The notes below the pieces were generated by a model, which had not been told where the DNA came from, did no database searches, and was given only the letters and a program-made list of their open reading frames with translations. DNA of 64,000 bases from Vicugna vicugna (taxonomy: Eukaryota), in contig MU058478.1 in assembly GCA_013265495.1 (NCBI GenBank), forward strand, positions 63,816 to 127,815. Direction: 5' to 3'. Both the position numbers and the translations under genes were made by a program. Shown here piece after piece: positions 1 to 14,227 of the stretch (the first letter of the stretch is position 1; each line of letters opens with the position of its first letter).

Positions 1-54
1 AAGGAAGGAAGGAAGGAAGGAAGGAAGGAGAGAAAGAAAGAAAGAAAGAAAAAA

Positions 55-125
<71 letters not shown>

Positions 126-188
126 GGAAAGAAAAAGAAAGAAAGGAAGAAAAAGAAAGACAGAAAGAAGGAAGGAAGGAAGGAAGGA

Positions 189-260
<72 letters not shown>

Positions 261-363
261 AAAAGAAAGAAAGGGAAAGAAAAAGAAAGAAAGGAAGAAA
301 AAGAAAGAGAGAAAGAAAGAAAGAAGGAAGGAAGGAAGGAGGAGGGAGAAGGAAGAGAAAGAA
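1..363. repeat. Compound polypurine microsatellite (GGAA)n/(GAAA)n
   Basis: Almost purely A/G tetranucleotide repeats running off the left edge of the window. Confidence 0.97.
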
Positions 364-904
364 AGCTGGACACAGAGACAGAGGCAGAGGGAGAAACGTG
401 CTGTTACCAGAGCCCCTGATGGCAAGGAACACATCTTTATTCCTTATGTCCCAAGATGGACAGCTGGCCACGGTCTCTTTAGGGACATGGATGCAAGTTA
501 TTTCCGCTGCATCTGATCTCTGCGGCCCTCTGCTCTGTCGTCCCTGAGGATGCAGTCGGTCCCTGTCCTGGCAGCGCTCTTAATGCCAAATCGAAGCATG
601 TGTTTAATTTGTCTCTGAAAGCTCTTTGCTCCAGCACAGATGACCTGCCAAAAATTGGTGCATCATGTAGGCAGACGCTTTCTCTTACACCACAGATATT
701 TTTGGAGCCCTACTATGTGTCTGTTGGGGCTGAGTGTGGCGACACAGCATGAGCCCCAGTCCCTCCTCCCACAGAAACGTTCTCCTTGACACATCTATAA
801 TGGAAACGTTTATGGATGCCATTGTGCATAATCACAATGGATAATCTGGAATTAAGAAGCGAAGCGAGATTGTCTTCAGAGTTTTTTGTTTGTTTGTTTA
901 TTTT

Positions 905-1085
905 GCCAGGAACTGTGCTAAACTTTTACAAACTGAATTATTTAAAACTGAAAACCAGCATTTATTAATGTCCTCATTTTATGGGGTGATTCAGAGACAG
1001 GTTAAGAACCTTGCCCAAGAGTAAAGAGTTAAGCGGCCAGTAGGAATTCAGATTCAGTAGATTAGATCTGACCTTTGACTCTCAG
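905..1085 (-). mobile_element. MIR SINE remnant
   Basis: Degenerate reverse-complement MIR core (cctcattttat...cagagacaggttaagaaccttgcccaag). Confidence 0.6.
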
Positions 1086-1109
1086 GCGCTAGAGGTGACC
1101 ATGCCCCAG

Positions 1110-1637
1110 TGGGACAGGGCGGAAGGGGGCAGGGCACAGCCATTCAAGGAATGACACAGCAGTTAACACCAGGGTGGCGGAAGTTGCAACTCCCAGTTGG
1201 CCTTGAGGTTCAAGATGGCGGGCAATTTGACACCCATTGTAGACGCCGAGCTTCGTTGTACGCTCATTGTATATATGAACATGGTCAATGGCCCTCCCAC
1301 AGGCACTGTGACAGTTCCAAGGCTGATCATAAAGGGTGACAAGTGGGCATTGGCCCAACCCCTGGGAATCCCGGCCCCTTCCCCAGAGTAGTGGGAATGG
1401 TCCTCCCACTTGGTAACATATGAAGCTACCAAGCCCATAAAAACCAACCGCCTTGCACCTCGTGGCCGCTCCCCCCTCTGAGATGGGCTGCACTCATTCT
1501 GTGGAGCAGGTATCTCTCCGAATTAACCTACCTTTACTCAACTACGGCTCGCTCTTGGAACCAAAGACCCACACTTGGCGGGGCACGTCCCAGGGACTCA
1601 GCCGAGACCTGGGACACGGCCTTCCTCTCGCCCCACA
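1110..1637 (+). mobile_element. Solo ERV1 LTR, MER41-like (cetartiodactyl type)
   Basis: TG...CA ends; gggggcagggcacagccattcaaggaatgacacagc start; CAAGATGGCG (YY1-type) motif; TATA-like cataaaaa; homologous to 22590-22867; no PBS after it and no clean TSD. Confidence 0.7.
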
Positions 1638-4479
1638 ATTTCTGTGTCACCTGAATCATAGCTCAGTTTCAGTTCTCTGTCTTTCTTTCTCTGCTCTCTC
1701 ATCTTCTCTGCGATCACGTTGGAGGTATCCACTTAACACCCCATGTCCTTTTCGGCAACGTACCTCATTGCTGGAATGCAAACACACACTGGCTGGATTC
1801 GTAGGAAGGCACGCAACCCGATGAACGCCCACCAGCCACTCAGATGAATTCAGTGTTTCGTCTCTGCGTGTCCAGACTCTGCCCTGCCTCTGTCTGCTTC
1901 TTTCCTGGGTCAAATGGGTCTCTTGAGGGGAGGCAATTTCGAGATGCGTCCCTGGGAAAACATGCTGGGAGTTGGGGGTAACTTTATACGTTAATTTTGC
2001 AAATTGTAGCTACTTCTAGGTGGATCCAGTGGACTCAGGTCACGTGAACGGCATATGTGTGCCCCATACATGCAGCGTTAGCTGCTCCCCTCTGGATCCC
2101 GCATCAGATTCTTCATGGAAGCAGGCACACGAGTCTGAAAGATGCTCTCAGGGCGCCATTTAAAAGTTTTCACTTGAAAAAAAATTATTGTTAGTGTAAT
2201 CCTGGCAGAAAACAAGAAACAACCCCAAACGGTTATGGATCTGTGATGAAGCAAGTGAAAGGAAGTTCTAGGATGGCAAAAAAAAAAAAAAAATACGGGT
2301 AAGATTCTGGGCACTCTGTAAATATAGAAAAAACTAAGATAAACCACAATAATTCTTATTTTCATGGAGATCACTTACGTTCATAACTTCTTGATCGTCA
2401 AATGACAGATAATCTTTCACGTAGTAACGAAACACTACCGAGTGGAAATGAACAAAACAGCAAAATGAAATTCAAATTGCATTCATTTAACTCTTAGTCG
2501 TGGATCGTTTTTGAGTCTCACTAAATTGAAACGATATTTCAAATTCTGTGGTATTTAAAAAAACACGCAGAATATTAAACATACGGGTTTCCCCTGCTTT
2601 TCCAAAGTAGATTGTTTCTGAGAGAACTTCCCTAAGCCGAGACGGTGTTAAGTGGATACGCAATTACTTTAGGACACATTTGGCTGAAGGATGCACAAAA
2701 TAAATCGAGATAAAGAACACACATGCTCACACACTTCAAAGCCACAGTGGCTTGATGTTGAGATGTTGAGATGCTGAGATGCTCCCAGCGAAGGAGCTTG
2801 GCTGCTCTGACTGTGGGCTTCCAAACATGGAACGATGCTATTTTCGATTTTCACTCTTTTTTTTTTTTCCTCCATAAAAGTGAAAATCCTCTTTAGGATA
2901 GTTTTGGTTAGCAAAAACAAGTACTCATGTAGGTTTTTCATAAAAATCAAGGTGGTATAAAGTGAACTTTTGAGAAGCGGAAGTTGCCTGAACTATTTAG
3001 GGAGACCAAAATCATATAATCTGAATTTTAAACCCAAAATGACGGTACGGGGCTCATAGAAACAGCTGATATTCTCAGACAGAGACTTCTTCTAGAAAAC
3101 TCTTACACTCAGTTTCCGTATCAAGTAAAATTAAATGCAATGCAACCAATTAATTAAGAGGGGTGCCCAGATAAAACAATTTTCTAGTCTGAGATTTAAT
3201 TTTTCACTGCCTTGGGTCTTCAGTCAAATTGGTGACATTTTAACTGCCCTCCAGCATCCCCTCCATCCTGGTTTATGTTAATGACATTGAACATTGATGG
3301 TGGCTCTGTCTGCCTTTCCCGAGATCATGTAGGACATAGATTCTTGAGGGAACAATGCTTGCTAAGATGCTTGAAACATCATATTGTGGGAATTCGATGA
3401 TTCTCGATTATTTGGTAAGAGGTTCATGGTTCAGAGGGCTCACATTTGTGTTTTGCGAAATATGATGGTTGAGATACAGTTCTTAGCTAAGGGCCTTTCT
3501 TGGCTGGAGAAGAGCATGTTCATGGCAGGATTAGGAAATATGAAACAGGGTAAGCAGAGACAGAGACATTCTCAAATACAGTACAACTGTGTCTAATCTT
3601 GAGAAGTTGTTACAATGGGGAAAGACTGGCACACAGCCCGCCCACAGTTTATTTTATCAATAGTCCCATAAAGAGAATTTGAAACCTGCTTTGACTACAT
3701 TCAGTATAAAAGCTAAATAAGAGTGGTGGGTTAGCAAGAGAAGTAAAATTACATGATTGTGTTGGTTTCACTTAATTTAAGAACAAGTAGCCACTTAAAG
3801 GAAGAGGACCGGTGACAGAGTTTATGAAGATAAACCCTGATCATTGGTTTAAAAAAGAATAAACAACATGTCAATGATCTAACCATGCCTGATTTTTTGT
3901 CTCGCAGTGTAATTCTCACAATGAAAATCTTTGCATTATAGTCTCTCATTGAAAATCTTTTTATTAGAATTTAAGGGTATTTTCCATAAATCGGTACAGA
4001 AAGAAACAAAATCATCGTGGTGAGTTCTCGCCTCCGTTTCTTCCTCTTAGATGCAAACCTAATTTTCATTGCACTAAGGGAACAGAAGCAGTTAGAAGAG
4101 GATTTCCAGTTTCTACCACATCGTCAACCCCCTACGGGCACAAGAGCTCATCAACTTGGCTTTTAATTTCTGTTCCTTGGGATTCGCTCCTTGTGTCCCA
4201 ACCTGAGACCAGCCTCTCCACCCTGCTTGAGTGGAATGTTCTCGAGTGACAGCATTCTAGCTCCGCAGCTCAAGGGCACTGCTCCAAACACAGGAGGCTT
4301 TGTCTCTTGCATTAATGCTTATTATTATTTTTTTGTGGTCTATTGATTCATTTCATTCAACACATGAACACGGGGCAATTATTCCCTTTTTTTTTTTAAA
4401 TAAAATCTCTGTATTTGCCCCACCTCATTATCCAGCTCCCACCCCATTTTTTGCTTCCTTCCATAGCCGATTACCTCCC

Positions 4480-5130
4480 ATCGATGGTCTAACAAGTTTT
4501 CTGTAATGTCTCTCCCTCAATTTCTTTTGACGCCATTCCACTCAAGCTTTGGAATAACCAACTGAAACCTCTCTTGATCATCTCCCCAGTGACTCCTGGG
4601 TTGTTCTGTCCAGGAATCAGTTCTGAGTCCCAATCAGGTTGCTTTTATCTCTTTGAAATATCTTCTTCCTGTAAGTCCCCACTCCCACAGTACCACATAC
4701 CCTGGTCTTCTTTATAACACTGTGTCTGATTCATTTTTTTCTGTTTTTTTGCTCATCTCCCAAACTCACAGTTTGCAGACATCCATAGCTCACCACTCAG
4801 AACTCCATTTTTCCAGCCAGTTCACTCATTCAGTGAACTCATAGTCTCAGGGGTTTAAAAAACCCTTTTATGCCCTAGAGTCCCCTAAGCATATTTCCAA
4901 ATGAGACTTCACTAAACCTGGACGTCCTATGCACTTATCTTCCCAAGAATGACTATCGGACAGCCAGCTTTGATGTGTTCACATCTCAGCTCAGTCTCTC
5001 CTCTCTCAGTCTTAGTTCTAATTCTGCAAATAATGCATCCTGTCTTTTTCCCCGCTGTTCAAGACGACTCACCTTGGAATTCTATTTGCTTGCTTTTCTT
5101 ATTTCACACCTTAGAACATCAGTTCAAGCC
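4480..5130 (+). mobile_element. L2 LINE remnant
   Basis: C/T-rich degenerate L2 ORF2-like text (ccactcaagcttt...aactgaaacctctcttgatc...); boundaries approximate. Confidence 0.5.
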
Positions 5131-5259
5131 ATCACTGACGTAGTTTACGGGAAGAAACTTGACTGGTATATTTTCTTATGCTCATGTCTACTTCCTTTTA
5201 TTTATAACGTGGTCCAAACACGTGCACACGCGCACACACACACACACATTAACAGGAGA

Positions 5260-6385
5260 GTTTCCATAAACTTATTGTATCTTCCTTATTCTCCTAGGCT
5301 ACTGTAAGGCTGAACTACAACTTTTCAACCTGTCCATTCTCGATAGCTATTTGGTTTCCAACTTTTGCCATCAGAAAAGTGCTGGAAGGAATGACCTGGC
5401 CAAAAAAAAAAAAAGTCATTTTTCTCATACTAATGTATTTCTGCAAAGTCAGTTCCTACGTGTTGGATTATTAGGTTAAAGATAAAATTGACCTATAATT
5501 TTGATCTCTTCGCTCGCCGTCGGTGTGATGTCAAATTTTGTATCCGTGAGCCAAGTGTGAGGAAACTCACTGACCACAGTTTACTAACATAGTGTCATCA
5601 AATATTTCCATCTTACCCTTCACTCTGTATCCTTTAAGAGGTTAACATGCACTTCTCTTTTAGTTAGTAGGGCCATCATTTCATATTTTCAATGATGGAT
5701 ACGTTCCTCTTTGTGAGTCATTTTTTTTCTTTTTCTTGTTTTTCTTTTGGGGCGTTTGTCTTCTTAATGGGTCCTTGGAACTCTTAATTTGTTAGAAAGT
5801 GATCAGCCATTGGGGATACATTTAAACATATGCCCCCCCCTCCAATTTGTCATTTTATGTTAATATTGTCAATGGTATTTTTTTGACACGTTGAAAGTTT
5901 GTGTTTTCTGTTGTTTTATTATTTTTTTTAATGTTTCCTGTTTCAATGGCATCATCATTTTCTTTGATGACTTCTGGAATTTTCTGTCATGGTGGAAACC
6001 TTTTCTCCTTTTCTAGCTCATAAAGAGCTTTCCTCCTCAAGTTGAGAGTCTCATATTTTATACGTAAAATACTCCTCCAGTCAAGAATTTGCTAGAAGAT
6101 ATGATAGATAAATCGAACTTTATTTTCTTTTCCAAATGGCTGTCCAGTTGTCTTTACATCATTTATTGAATTATGATTTTTGTACACCACCATGATCATG
6201 CCATAAATTCCTATCTGGCACCAGGTATAATTTTGGACTTACATCTGGCAAGTCTTTGCCTCTTTATGTACATTGGTACCACACACTTGTTCAATAGTTT
6301 AAGTTTACTAATATGTCCTCATATATGGTAGATCTAGTCCCGAATACTGACCTTGTTTTTGACAACTTTCTGGCTGTTTCTTTTT
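5260..6385 (-). mobile_element. Ancient L1 (L1M-type) fragments
   Basis: T-rich antisense L1 ORF2-like text (tttccaaatggctgtccagttgtctttacatcatttattgaa); boundaries approximate. Confidence 0.6.
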
Positions 6386-6394
6386 CTGTATATT

Positions 6395-6740
6395 ATGTGT
6401 GTATATATGTGTGTGTGTGTGTGTGTGCACACACATTATATATATATTTTAATAATATATTTTTGTATAAATATATTTGTATTTTCTATACATATAAAAT
6501 ATATGTATATATTTTAATATATTTTCATATATATATTATTATTTTATATACATATAAAATATATATTAATAACATATTTTTATATAAATATATTATTATT
6601 TTATAATATAAATGCATTTATATAAAATATAATTTTTATGTTTATTACATTTATATTTATATTTCTTTACTTTTATTATTTATATAATATAAATAATATA
6701 TTTTATATTATATTTTAATTTTTAAAAAAAAATATATTTT
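6395..6740. repeat. (TG)n plus extremely AT-rich low-complexity tract
   Basis: TG dinucleotides followed by about 300 bp of almost pure A/T with internal short repeats. Confidence 0.9.
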
Positions 6741-8468
6741 ACAGTTCTGCTCAGAACTTTTCTAGGGTAAGAGGGGTTCAGTGTGGATCTGAGTTCCAGG
6801 CCTCTGACCACATTCAGCCACTGCCCTGCTCTGAGAATGAGTGTCTTCACCTCCACCCTATTCTTCAAGGCGCTTGAAGATTTAACTCTGAAACACATCG
6901 GATCAGAAGAAAGCTGTGTTAACGCTACTTTTTACACAGAATTATCTAAACAGGAAAATGAGAACTTATGCACAAGTCTGTAAAGCTGTTTTTTTTCAAT
7001 TTTCTCTTAAGGGAAGTATTGTTTTTGGTGTCCATTGACTGTATCCGTAGATCCAATAACCCTATCTTTTCAGAAGATATTTGTATTTCCTGATAAAGTA
7101 ATATTCTTCCAAATGATGAAAAGTACTGAATAATATTAATGGTGGTCTCTGTAATTAGCTGTTAATACTGAGTAACGTTAACATATATGTTGGCAAAAGC
7201 CACAGACGTCACATCCAACGTATCTTGAACTGTTGGATTTGAAAACACGTTTCTCTCTCTTTAACTCCATGTGTGTGTGAATTTAACGAGCTGAGAAAAT
7301 GTCTCCATCCCTGGCACGCTCCACTCCCCTGGCCACGTTATAGGTCCTGTGTTTGGATCTTTTATTATTCATTCGAGCATGGAGTGTCTTCCACGGATGC
7401 GCAGGGTTTAAACCACTGCGTTGACACAGGGCTTGGGCGTCGTAATGTCCAGTCACAGAGAAATGTGCACAGAAGTCTCAAGGAGAAGACCTAAGGGTTA
7501 AGTGATTCTTACTTTGCTAATTTCGAAAGAAAAGAATGCAATGAACAAAGATGTTCCAAACATTAAAGAGTCAAGGCGTTTCTAACACAAGATGCTAAAG
7601 GAGCTGAACCGTGGACCGTGGCACTGACTTCAGAGCATAAAGCCCAGCACCCAATCAGGCAGGAGTGGGTAATTTGGGTGGGGCTTTGCAGGTAATATAG
7701 AAGTTTCCCTTTCCCCACCAATGACCAGATTCACTTTCTGACATTCCTGGAGAAGAGCTGAGGGTTCCTAGCACAGCTTGGCAGCTGAACACAGTGCAAA
7801 AAGGTTCATTTTCCCAAGTCAACTTGGATTCTTTTCTCGGCGTCAGTGGTTCCTGCAATCCTGTAGAAGCCTCATGATGATTCTTACCGCAATGGTGCTA
7901 TTATCTGGGGTAAATTTTCTCCAAGTTACTGAGTGATATTGAAATGCACCTCCTCTTAAAGTCTCATAGCCACGCACATACTGATCCTTTAGTAAATGCA
8001 ATTTCAGTGTTAATAATGAAGGGAATACAAAAATAATGTTAATAGCCTGGAGTTTTTAAGGTGTGTTGAATTGTGTAAAGGAAGTGCATTTAGACAAGGG
8101 ACTCATTTACAGCCCCTTTGATTCAAAATGGTCACATCACTGGTGTAGCCATCTTCTCTTCTGTTCTTTTCTGATAATCAGACTGAAGCAATGACACCAC
8201 TTCACTGGCCAGTGGGAATCCTCTGCTATGAGCTGTGTGTGCTGAGATGTGGATAAATTACCTGTTCCTTACCTGGAATAACTCTTGGGAAATTTGATGA
8301 GAAACTTTACTGAGAAAATAAAGAATGACTTTGATACTCAACCTTCCTGGTCTAAGAGCACATTCTAAGTAACCAGCCAGGTCAGTTCACAAGTCTGTGT
8401 TTGGACTATCTAACCCAAGATTGGTCATTGGATAAAATGAAACACTAAGTACAGAAATGACAACATAA

Positions 8469-8925
8469 NNNNNNNNNNNNNNNNNNNNNNNNNNNNNNNN
8501 NNNNNNNNNNNNNNNNNNNNNNNNNNNNNNNNNNNNNNNNNNNNNNNNNNNNNNNNNNNNNNNNNNNNNNNNNNNNNNNNNNNNNNNNNNNNNNNNNNNN
8601 NNNNNNNNNNNNNNNNNNNNNNNNNNNNNNNNNNNNNNNNNNNNNNNNNNNNNNNNNNNNNNNNNNNNNNNNNNNNNNNNNNNNNNNNNNNNNNNNNNNN
8701 NNNNNNNNNNNNNNNNNNNNNNNNNNNNNNNNNNNNNNNNNNNNNNNNNNNNNNNNNNNNNNNNNNNNNNNNNNNNNNNNNNNNNNNNNNNNNNNNNNNN
8801 NNNNNNNNNNNNNNNNNNNNNNNNNNNNNNNNNNNNNNNNNNNNNNNNNNNNNNNNNNNNNNNNNNNNNNNNNNNNNNNNNNNNNNNNNNNNNNNNNNNN
8901 NNNNNNNNNNNNNNNNNNNNNNNNN

Positions 8926-8926
<1 letters not shown>
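8469..8926. other. Assembly gap (N run)
   Basis: 458 N bases abutting a (TA)n tract. Confidence 1.
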
Positions 8927-8964
<38 letters not shown>

Positions 8965-8998
8965 TATGTGTGTGTGTGCGTGTATGTATATATATATA
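8927..8998. repeat. (TA)n/(TG)n microsatellite
   Basis: Direct inspection. Confidence 0.95.
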
Positions 8999-9964
8999 GT
9001 AATGGAGATTGAAAAACTATTCACCCAAATGTGAAGGCTTGGTAATAAAATTACAGGCGATTTTAAAACGTCCTTCATTTATACATTTGATGTACCATTA
9101 AAATTGTAATGAGAATGCATTACTTTTTAACATTTTTTATTGATTTATAATCATTTTCCATTGTTTTTATAGTCAAAAACACTAGAACGATTTTCATTCT
9201 TCAAAACCAAAAAAGAAACTAAGAAAATAAAAGTTAAGTAAAGAAAATGAGTATAAGAAGGTAACGCTGAGTATAAAAATTGTGACCTTTACAGTCAAAA
9301 GACGTCAAAATCCCTCATTAGGTCGTCCTAACACCCACGGACACCGATGGCATTGCCATAGTGTTTATAAATTAAGGCCTTGTACAAGCATGAGGCGAAA
9401 TCGTTTATTGTAGTGGGTTTTGCAACATCCCAGATGGGAAGAACAGAGCACCCTCTACTCTTCGCCCACCACGTGGGATGCCGATCTGTGCGTTTAAACC
9501 CGAAAGCCTCTAATTGTGATGACCAGTCCGCTCACCTCCTCCCCAGGTGGACATGGCAATTCTGGGTCTCCTGGCCTTTCCTGATCACTGCCCCATCCCT
9601 GACACCTTTGGAGAGAAACTTTCCTAACCGCCGTAAGAAGTACACACTGAAATTGATGTCACGTTTGACCGCAGCCTCCAGTGCATCTAACAGCTCAGAG
9701 CGTCTTGAGCACAAGCCCACAGGACAAGAAGTTGGAAGAAGGTTTCCAGAAGTTCTGGAGCTTCTCCAAGCAGCAGGTCTGTACCTTGAATGTAAGAGTC
9801 AACATAAAGAGAGGGTAAGTTATGGACATATTTAACCGTAACTGTGTGCCATCTTCCAGGGGTGGGAGAGCCAGCACTCTCTAAGTGAAATTTGATGGGA
9901 AAATTTTTCTGATGATATTTAGATTCAGTGGCTAATGATTAAACACACTTTAAAAAAAAATCCT

Positions 9965-10285
9965 AACTGAACTTATTTACAAAACAGAAAGAGACTCACA
10001 GACATAGAAAACAAAGGATGGTTACCAGGGGAGGAAGGGGATGGGAAGGGATAAATTGGGAGTTCCAAGATTTGCAGATACTAACTACTATATATAAAAT
10101 AGATAAACAACAAGTTTATACTATATAGAACAGGGAACTATATTCAATATCTTGTAGTAACTTATGGTGAAAAAGAATATGAAAACAAATATATGCGTGT
10201 TCATGTAGGACGGAAGCATTGTGCTGCGCACCAGATATTGTAAACTGACTATACATCAATCAATAAATATATATGTGATAAAAAC
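9965..10285 (+). mobile_element. 5'-truncated L1 3' end (camelid/cetartiodactyl type)
   Basis: gaacttatttacaaaacagaaagagactcacagacatagaaaacaaa...gggataaattgggag...aactgactatac; imperfect TSD aaaaatcctaact/aaaaacctctaact. Confidence 0.85.
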
Positions 10286-13200
10286 CTCTAACTTTCTATT
10301 TCGATTCAAATCCCTACCTGTTTCCAGGGAGAATCAGCTGGACCCCATTAAGCACCAAGTGTGAGGATGAGGAAAGTCTGGTGTGATGATCTTAATGAGC
10401 TGTGTGGTGGGGAGAAGTTCCCTCCTGGTCAACTCAGAGCCCCCCGGGAGCGTTGAGACGGCTCTGCAGAGCAGGGCGGCACCTGCTCCTCAAACATCTC
10501 AGAGAGCCTGGTCCCCACGTCCAGGCATACGGGACCAACACGTGCCTCCTATTTATTGTATTCTGGCTTGAATGGAGGATTGGAAAAAAAAAGTGGGAAA
10601 TGCCCCCAACATTAGGTATTTAGAGGAAATTTCAGTGTCGTGGAGGAATGTCAAACTCATATCTTTGCTTTAAATCATCAAAATGACTCAATTCTAGAAC
10701 TTTGCTCATCCATGCTACAGAAAGTGAAAAAATAAGGGAGCTATACAAAAATTTTACTTTTTAAAAACTTTGCCATCTCAATGTGTAATATAATTATACA
10801 TTGGCTTTCCCTAGCATATCTCTATGCTTATCTCAGGAGCCTCATAAAACATCTTTGGAAACCCCTCACCTGGGGTGCATGCTTAAAATATTACCTTCAC
10901 ATTGCACAATGTGCCAATTGGAGCAGGTATAAGAATTGTAGATTAGAATGTCAGATGGGTTAATGGTAATATCCTACGTGGTGCAGTGTCTCTGCTAATA
11001 TCTTAATTACTTATGGAAAATAAATCCCTGACATATGCTCAGTCACAGAAGTGTTTCTTGAGTGTTCCTGGGTGTGAGAACGAACGAGGATACGTGTTTT
11101 CTGCTGCTTAATTAGCCAGTCCAGACAAAGGACCCCCTCTGCGATCTGCCCTTGTGATTGCAAGCTCATGTCATCCTAAGGCAAGGATGCAGAAACCAAA
11201 GTTTGAGAAATGTTGCCCTATAGATTGATAAATGGTTCCTTTCTTGAATGTATCCACAAAGAAATTTGTTATTAAAATTACAGGTAAAATAACATTCTTT
11301 CTTCAGTGTTTCTTCTTCCTGTCCACGTACATCTTATGAATGAGGCGTGGTGTGGGACATTGAGAGGAATACAAGAAAGTGTCAACTATCTAAATGGTAA
11401 GCAAATTACCGTGTGCAGTTGATAAATGAGTGCATTACTATAAGGTTTCATAGGAAAGATGATTTATAAAATCAATGCCATGGAAATTTAGAGATTGGCT
11501 ATTCCACCGGATTAGGAAAATCTGGCTTCATTGAAGAAAGAATGATGCAGAGGGGCTGGATTAAATTTTGTGGAAAGGATGAAGAATATAAAGAAGTAGG
11601 TAGAGGATGAAATTTCAGGAAAGGTGTGGGAATTAATGTGGTCTCTTGGGTCTAATTTATTTGGAGACTGAACTGAACTATGATCTGTGGCACGAGTCTA
11701 AAGAACTTTGCAATATTCAGGAAGGTCAACTTCATCGTTTAGAAACTGTGGAAATATCTGATCTTCTTTAGCAGGAGGGTAAAAGATTCCTTGCTGTGTT
11801 TTAGGAGAGTTCTCATGAGTGTGTGTAGGATGGATCAGTAAATGGAAAGGCTGGAGACCACAAGGGGCAAAAGGCTGATGGTGGTGGTAATTATGGGGAC
11901 ACAAAAGGAAAGGAAACATTGGGACTCGGTTCTGAAGTGGTGCTGAGGCACGTTGTGGCTGATGCAAAGAGAAATCCTAAAGTTTCCATCTTAAGTTTTG
12001 GAAAAGACATGTCTGCCGTTACTCTAGACAAGAGAACATTCTTGGAACCTGGGAGTGTGATAAACACAACGAGGCATGCTGTGTTTTGACCTCATGTATT
12101 TCATATCCTTATCGCATCTCCCTCCTGTGTGACTGAAGATCACTTCATTATTCAAGACCCACAATGAAGCATCCTCCCGTCTATGGGAGCTTTGCTGTTC
12201 TCACATCATTTGATTGAGAAGTTGAGTACCAGTGCCCGCACAGAGGAGAAATAAATTTTATAATAAACGCTACCAAAGAGGACGCCACGTGATACATACT
12301 GAGAATTTGTAGACCTCAAAACCATCACGTGAGAATCACATCACATCTCTTACCTTTGCAAAATCTAGAGACGCATGAATGAAGAGGCAAGGTTAGTCTG
12401 TGTCTCCTTATAAGAAGCTTCTCTAGCCTGATTAGAAAAACACAAATTACATGTGTATAGTTTTAAAAACCCACTGTGAATTTCCCATTTCCTGAAAAGT
12501 AAAAAGATGGTTATAAAGGATTTTTTTTTCATTTTTTAAGTTCCTTATATTGCAGTCACTTGGATGTCAACATTCAATAAAGCACCTTCTGGTGCTTATG
12601 ATATGGAAATGATTGCTATTAAACATTAAACCAGGGAAGCTGTTAATTTTATGACAGCCCTGTTGCAGCTTTCCATACAAAAACAATGGTAACCCAATCT
12701 CATGCTTGAGAACGTTAGCTGATTGTCGCAGGGAGAAGCATCCTGCCGCCATGGCGGAATAATGGAGGGACATTGATGGGACATTTCACCTTCCTTTGAA
12801 GGGCAGGGTGAAGTCATTGTAAATGACACAATGGATGCAGCCAGGGGGTGATGGACTGATGTATCTTGTCAAGTCTTATGCTCAGATGTATTTGCATAAT
12901 ATTCCATTTAAGTGCCACGTATTGTAATCCAGTTACATTTCCATGTTGAAGGAAATGAGCTTGCCATTCCCATCTGCTCCACAGCATGTGGGTCTCCTGA
13001 GAAGAGAAAAAGAATTACGCTTGTACGCCACTTCACATCTCTGTGGAGTGAGGCTTGCTCTCACATTGATGAGAGTCCAAGCAAAATGTCTGCCTGTATT
13101 AATTTTTCTCACCTTTCCTACCAGTAGTATTCTGAAACCCATCTCACTGAAGAAGAGGGACCCTTTCTGTTGTCCAAAAAGTGAGTCAGCTCCTGCAGAG

Positions 13201-14227
13201 AAGCTGATTACGTGTGAACGCTGTGTGCAAATCAATGCTATGCAGTCCAGAGGTCACTGCAGAATTCTATTTTCATAATACAACAAAAAGTAAAATAAAT
13301 CATGCCGAAGAAAGTTTGCCACGTTTTGGTCTGCACTGTAAGTGTTCCTGTGAGCTCTGCATACATCTTTGTGATGATAGAATATGAAAACTGGCATCAC
13401 ACCTGAACAACAACAAAAAAAAACAACAGCGATTTTTGTGTTACATTTGAAAATGATTTTGCCAGGTAAGATTTCCACTTACGAATAAAATGATGATTGC
13501 ACGATACTTGCAGGACAAATTTCAGCCCTTAAAAAGGAAGAAAAATATAAATTTATGTAGATGCAAAAAAAAAATCTAATCTTACTACATGTGTGTTCAA
13601 AAAGTTAGCAGTAAAATGAAGCACAGACACAAAGCAGAAATCTTATTTGAAATGTTTCAATATCTAAACAAAAATTTTGAGGCTCCTCTGCTATTTCTCG
13701 CATTGCTTCTTCAAATTAGTTTTTCATGAACCCAGGTGATTCCAAGGAGCAGACCAGAGGGGACCCACTGGTATCAGCAGTCGCTGTCAAGGGCAGGTCT
13801 CGCCTTGTGCACCTTAGAATGGGAGAACGCACAATTCCGTTAATTAAATGACTGGTTTTTCTTCACTCTGGTCTTCATGTCATCATCGTCTTCAAAGTAA
13901 TACTTTGTAATCTTTGCAAATTACAAATTTCCATTTTGCAACATTATACCCTGTTGTAACATCTGTCACAACATGCCCTCATCTGTCTAACGAAATGTTG
14001 AGTCTCCTCTGTCGCGTGCTGGTACATAAATGCAGCCTGACCTCATTACTCTTTCTTTCCCAGCATCCCCACCCCCAACCCCCAACTTAGACCCTGCAAA
14101 GGCAAATATATAATGTGCTAAGTAGATGGCTGTCCCTTGGTCCATATGAGAGTTTAGTGATTAAACATTAAAGAGAAGGATGAAAAAAAGACAAAGCAAA
14201 ACTATTAAAAATGCAGTGTATTTTTAC

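Noticed and set aside
1089..1824. Cluster of overlapping ORFs
   Set aside because: They lie in or across a GC-richer LTR; no recognisable gag/pol/env or cellular motifs
7888..8310. Two tiny minus-strand exon-like segments with good donor sites
   Set aside because: About 40 nt each; open frames this short are uninformative and the peptides are unrecognised
9027..9046. Exact 20-mer aaatgtgaaggcttggtaat, also at 42044-42063
   Set aside because: No flanking homology; chance or a shared degraded repeat cannot be excluded and there is no functional clue
8425..9078. Longest ORF (217 aa)
   Set aside because: Runs through the N gap and a (TA)n tract; artefact
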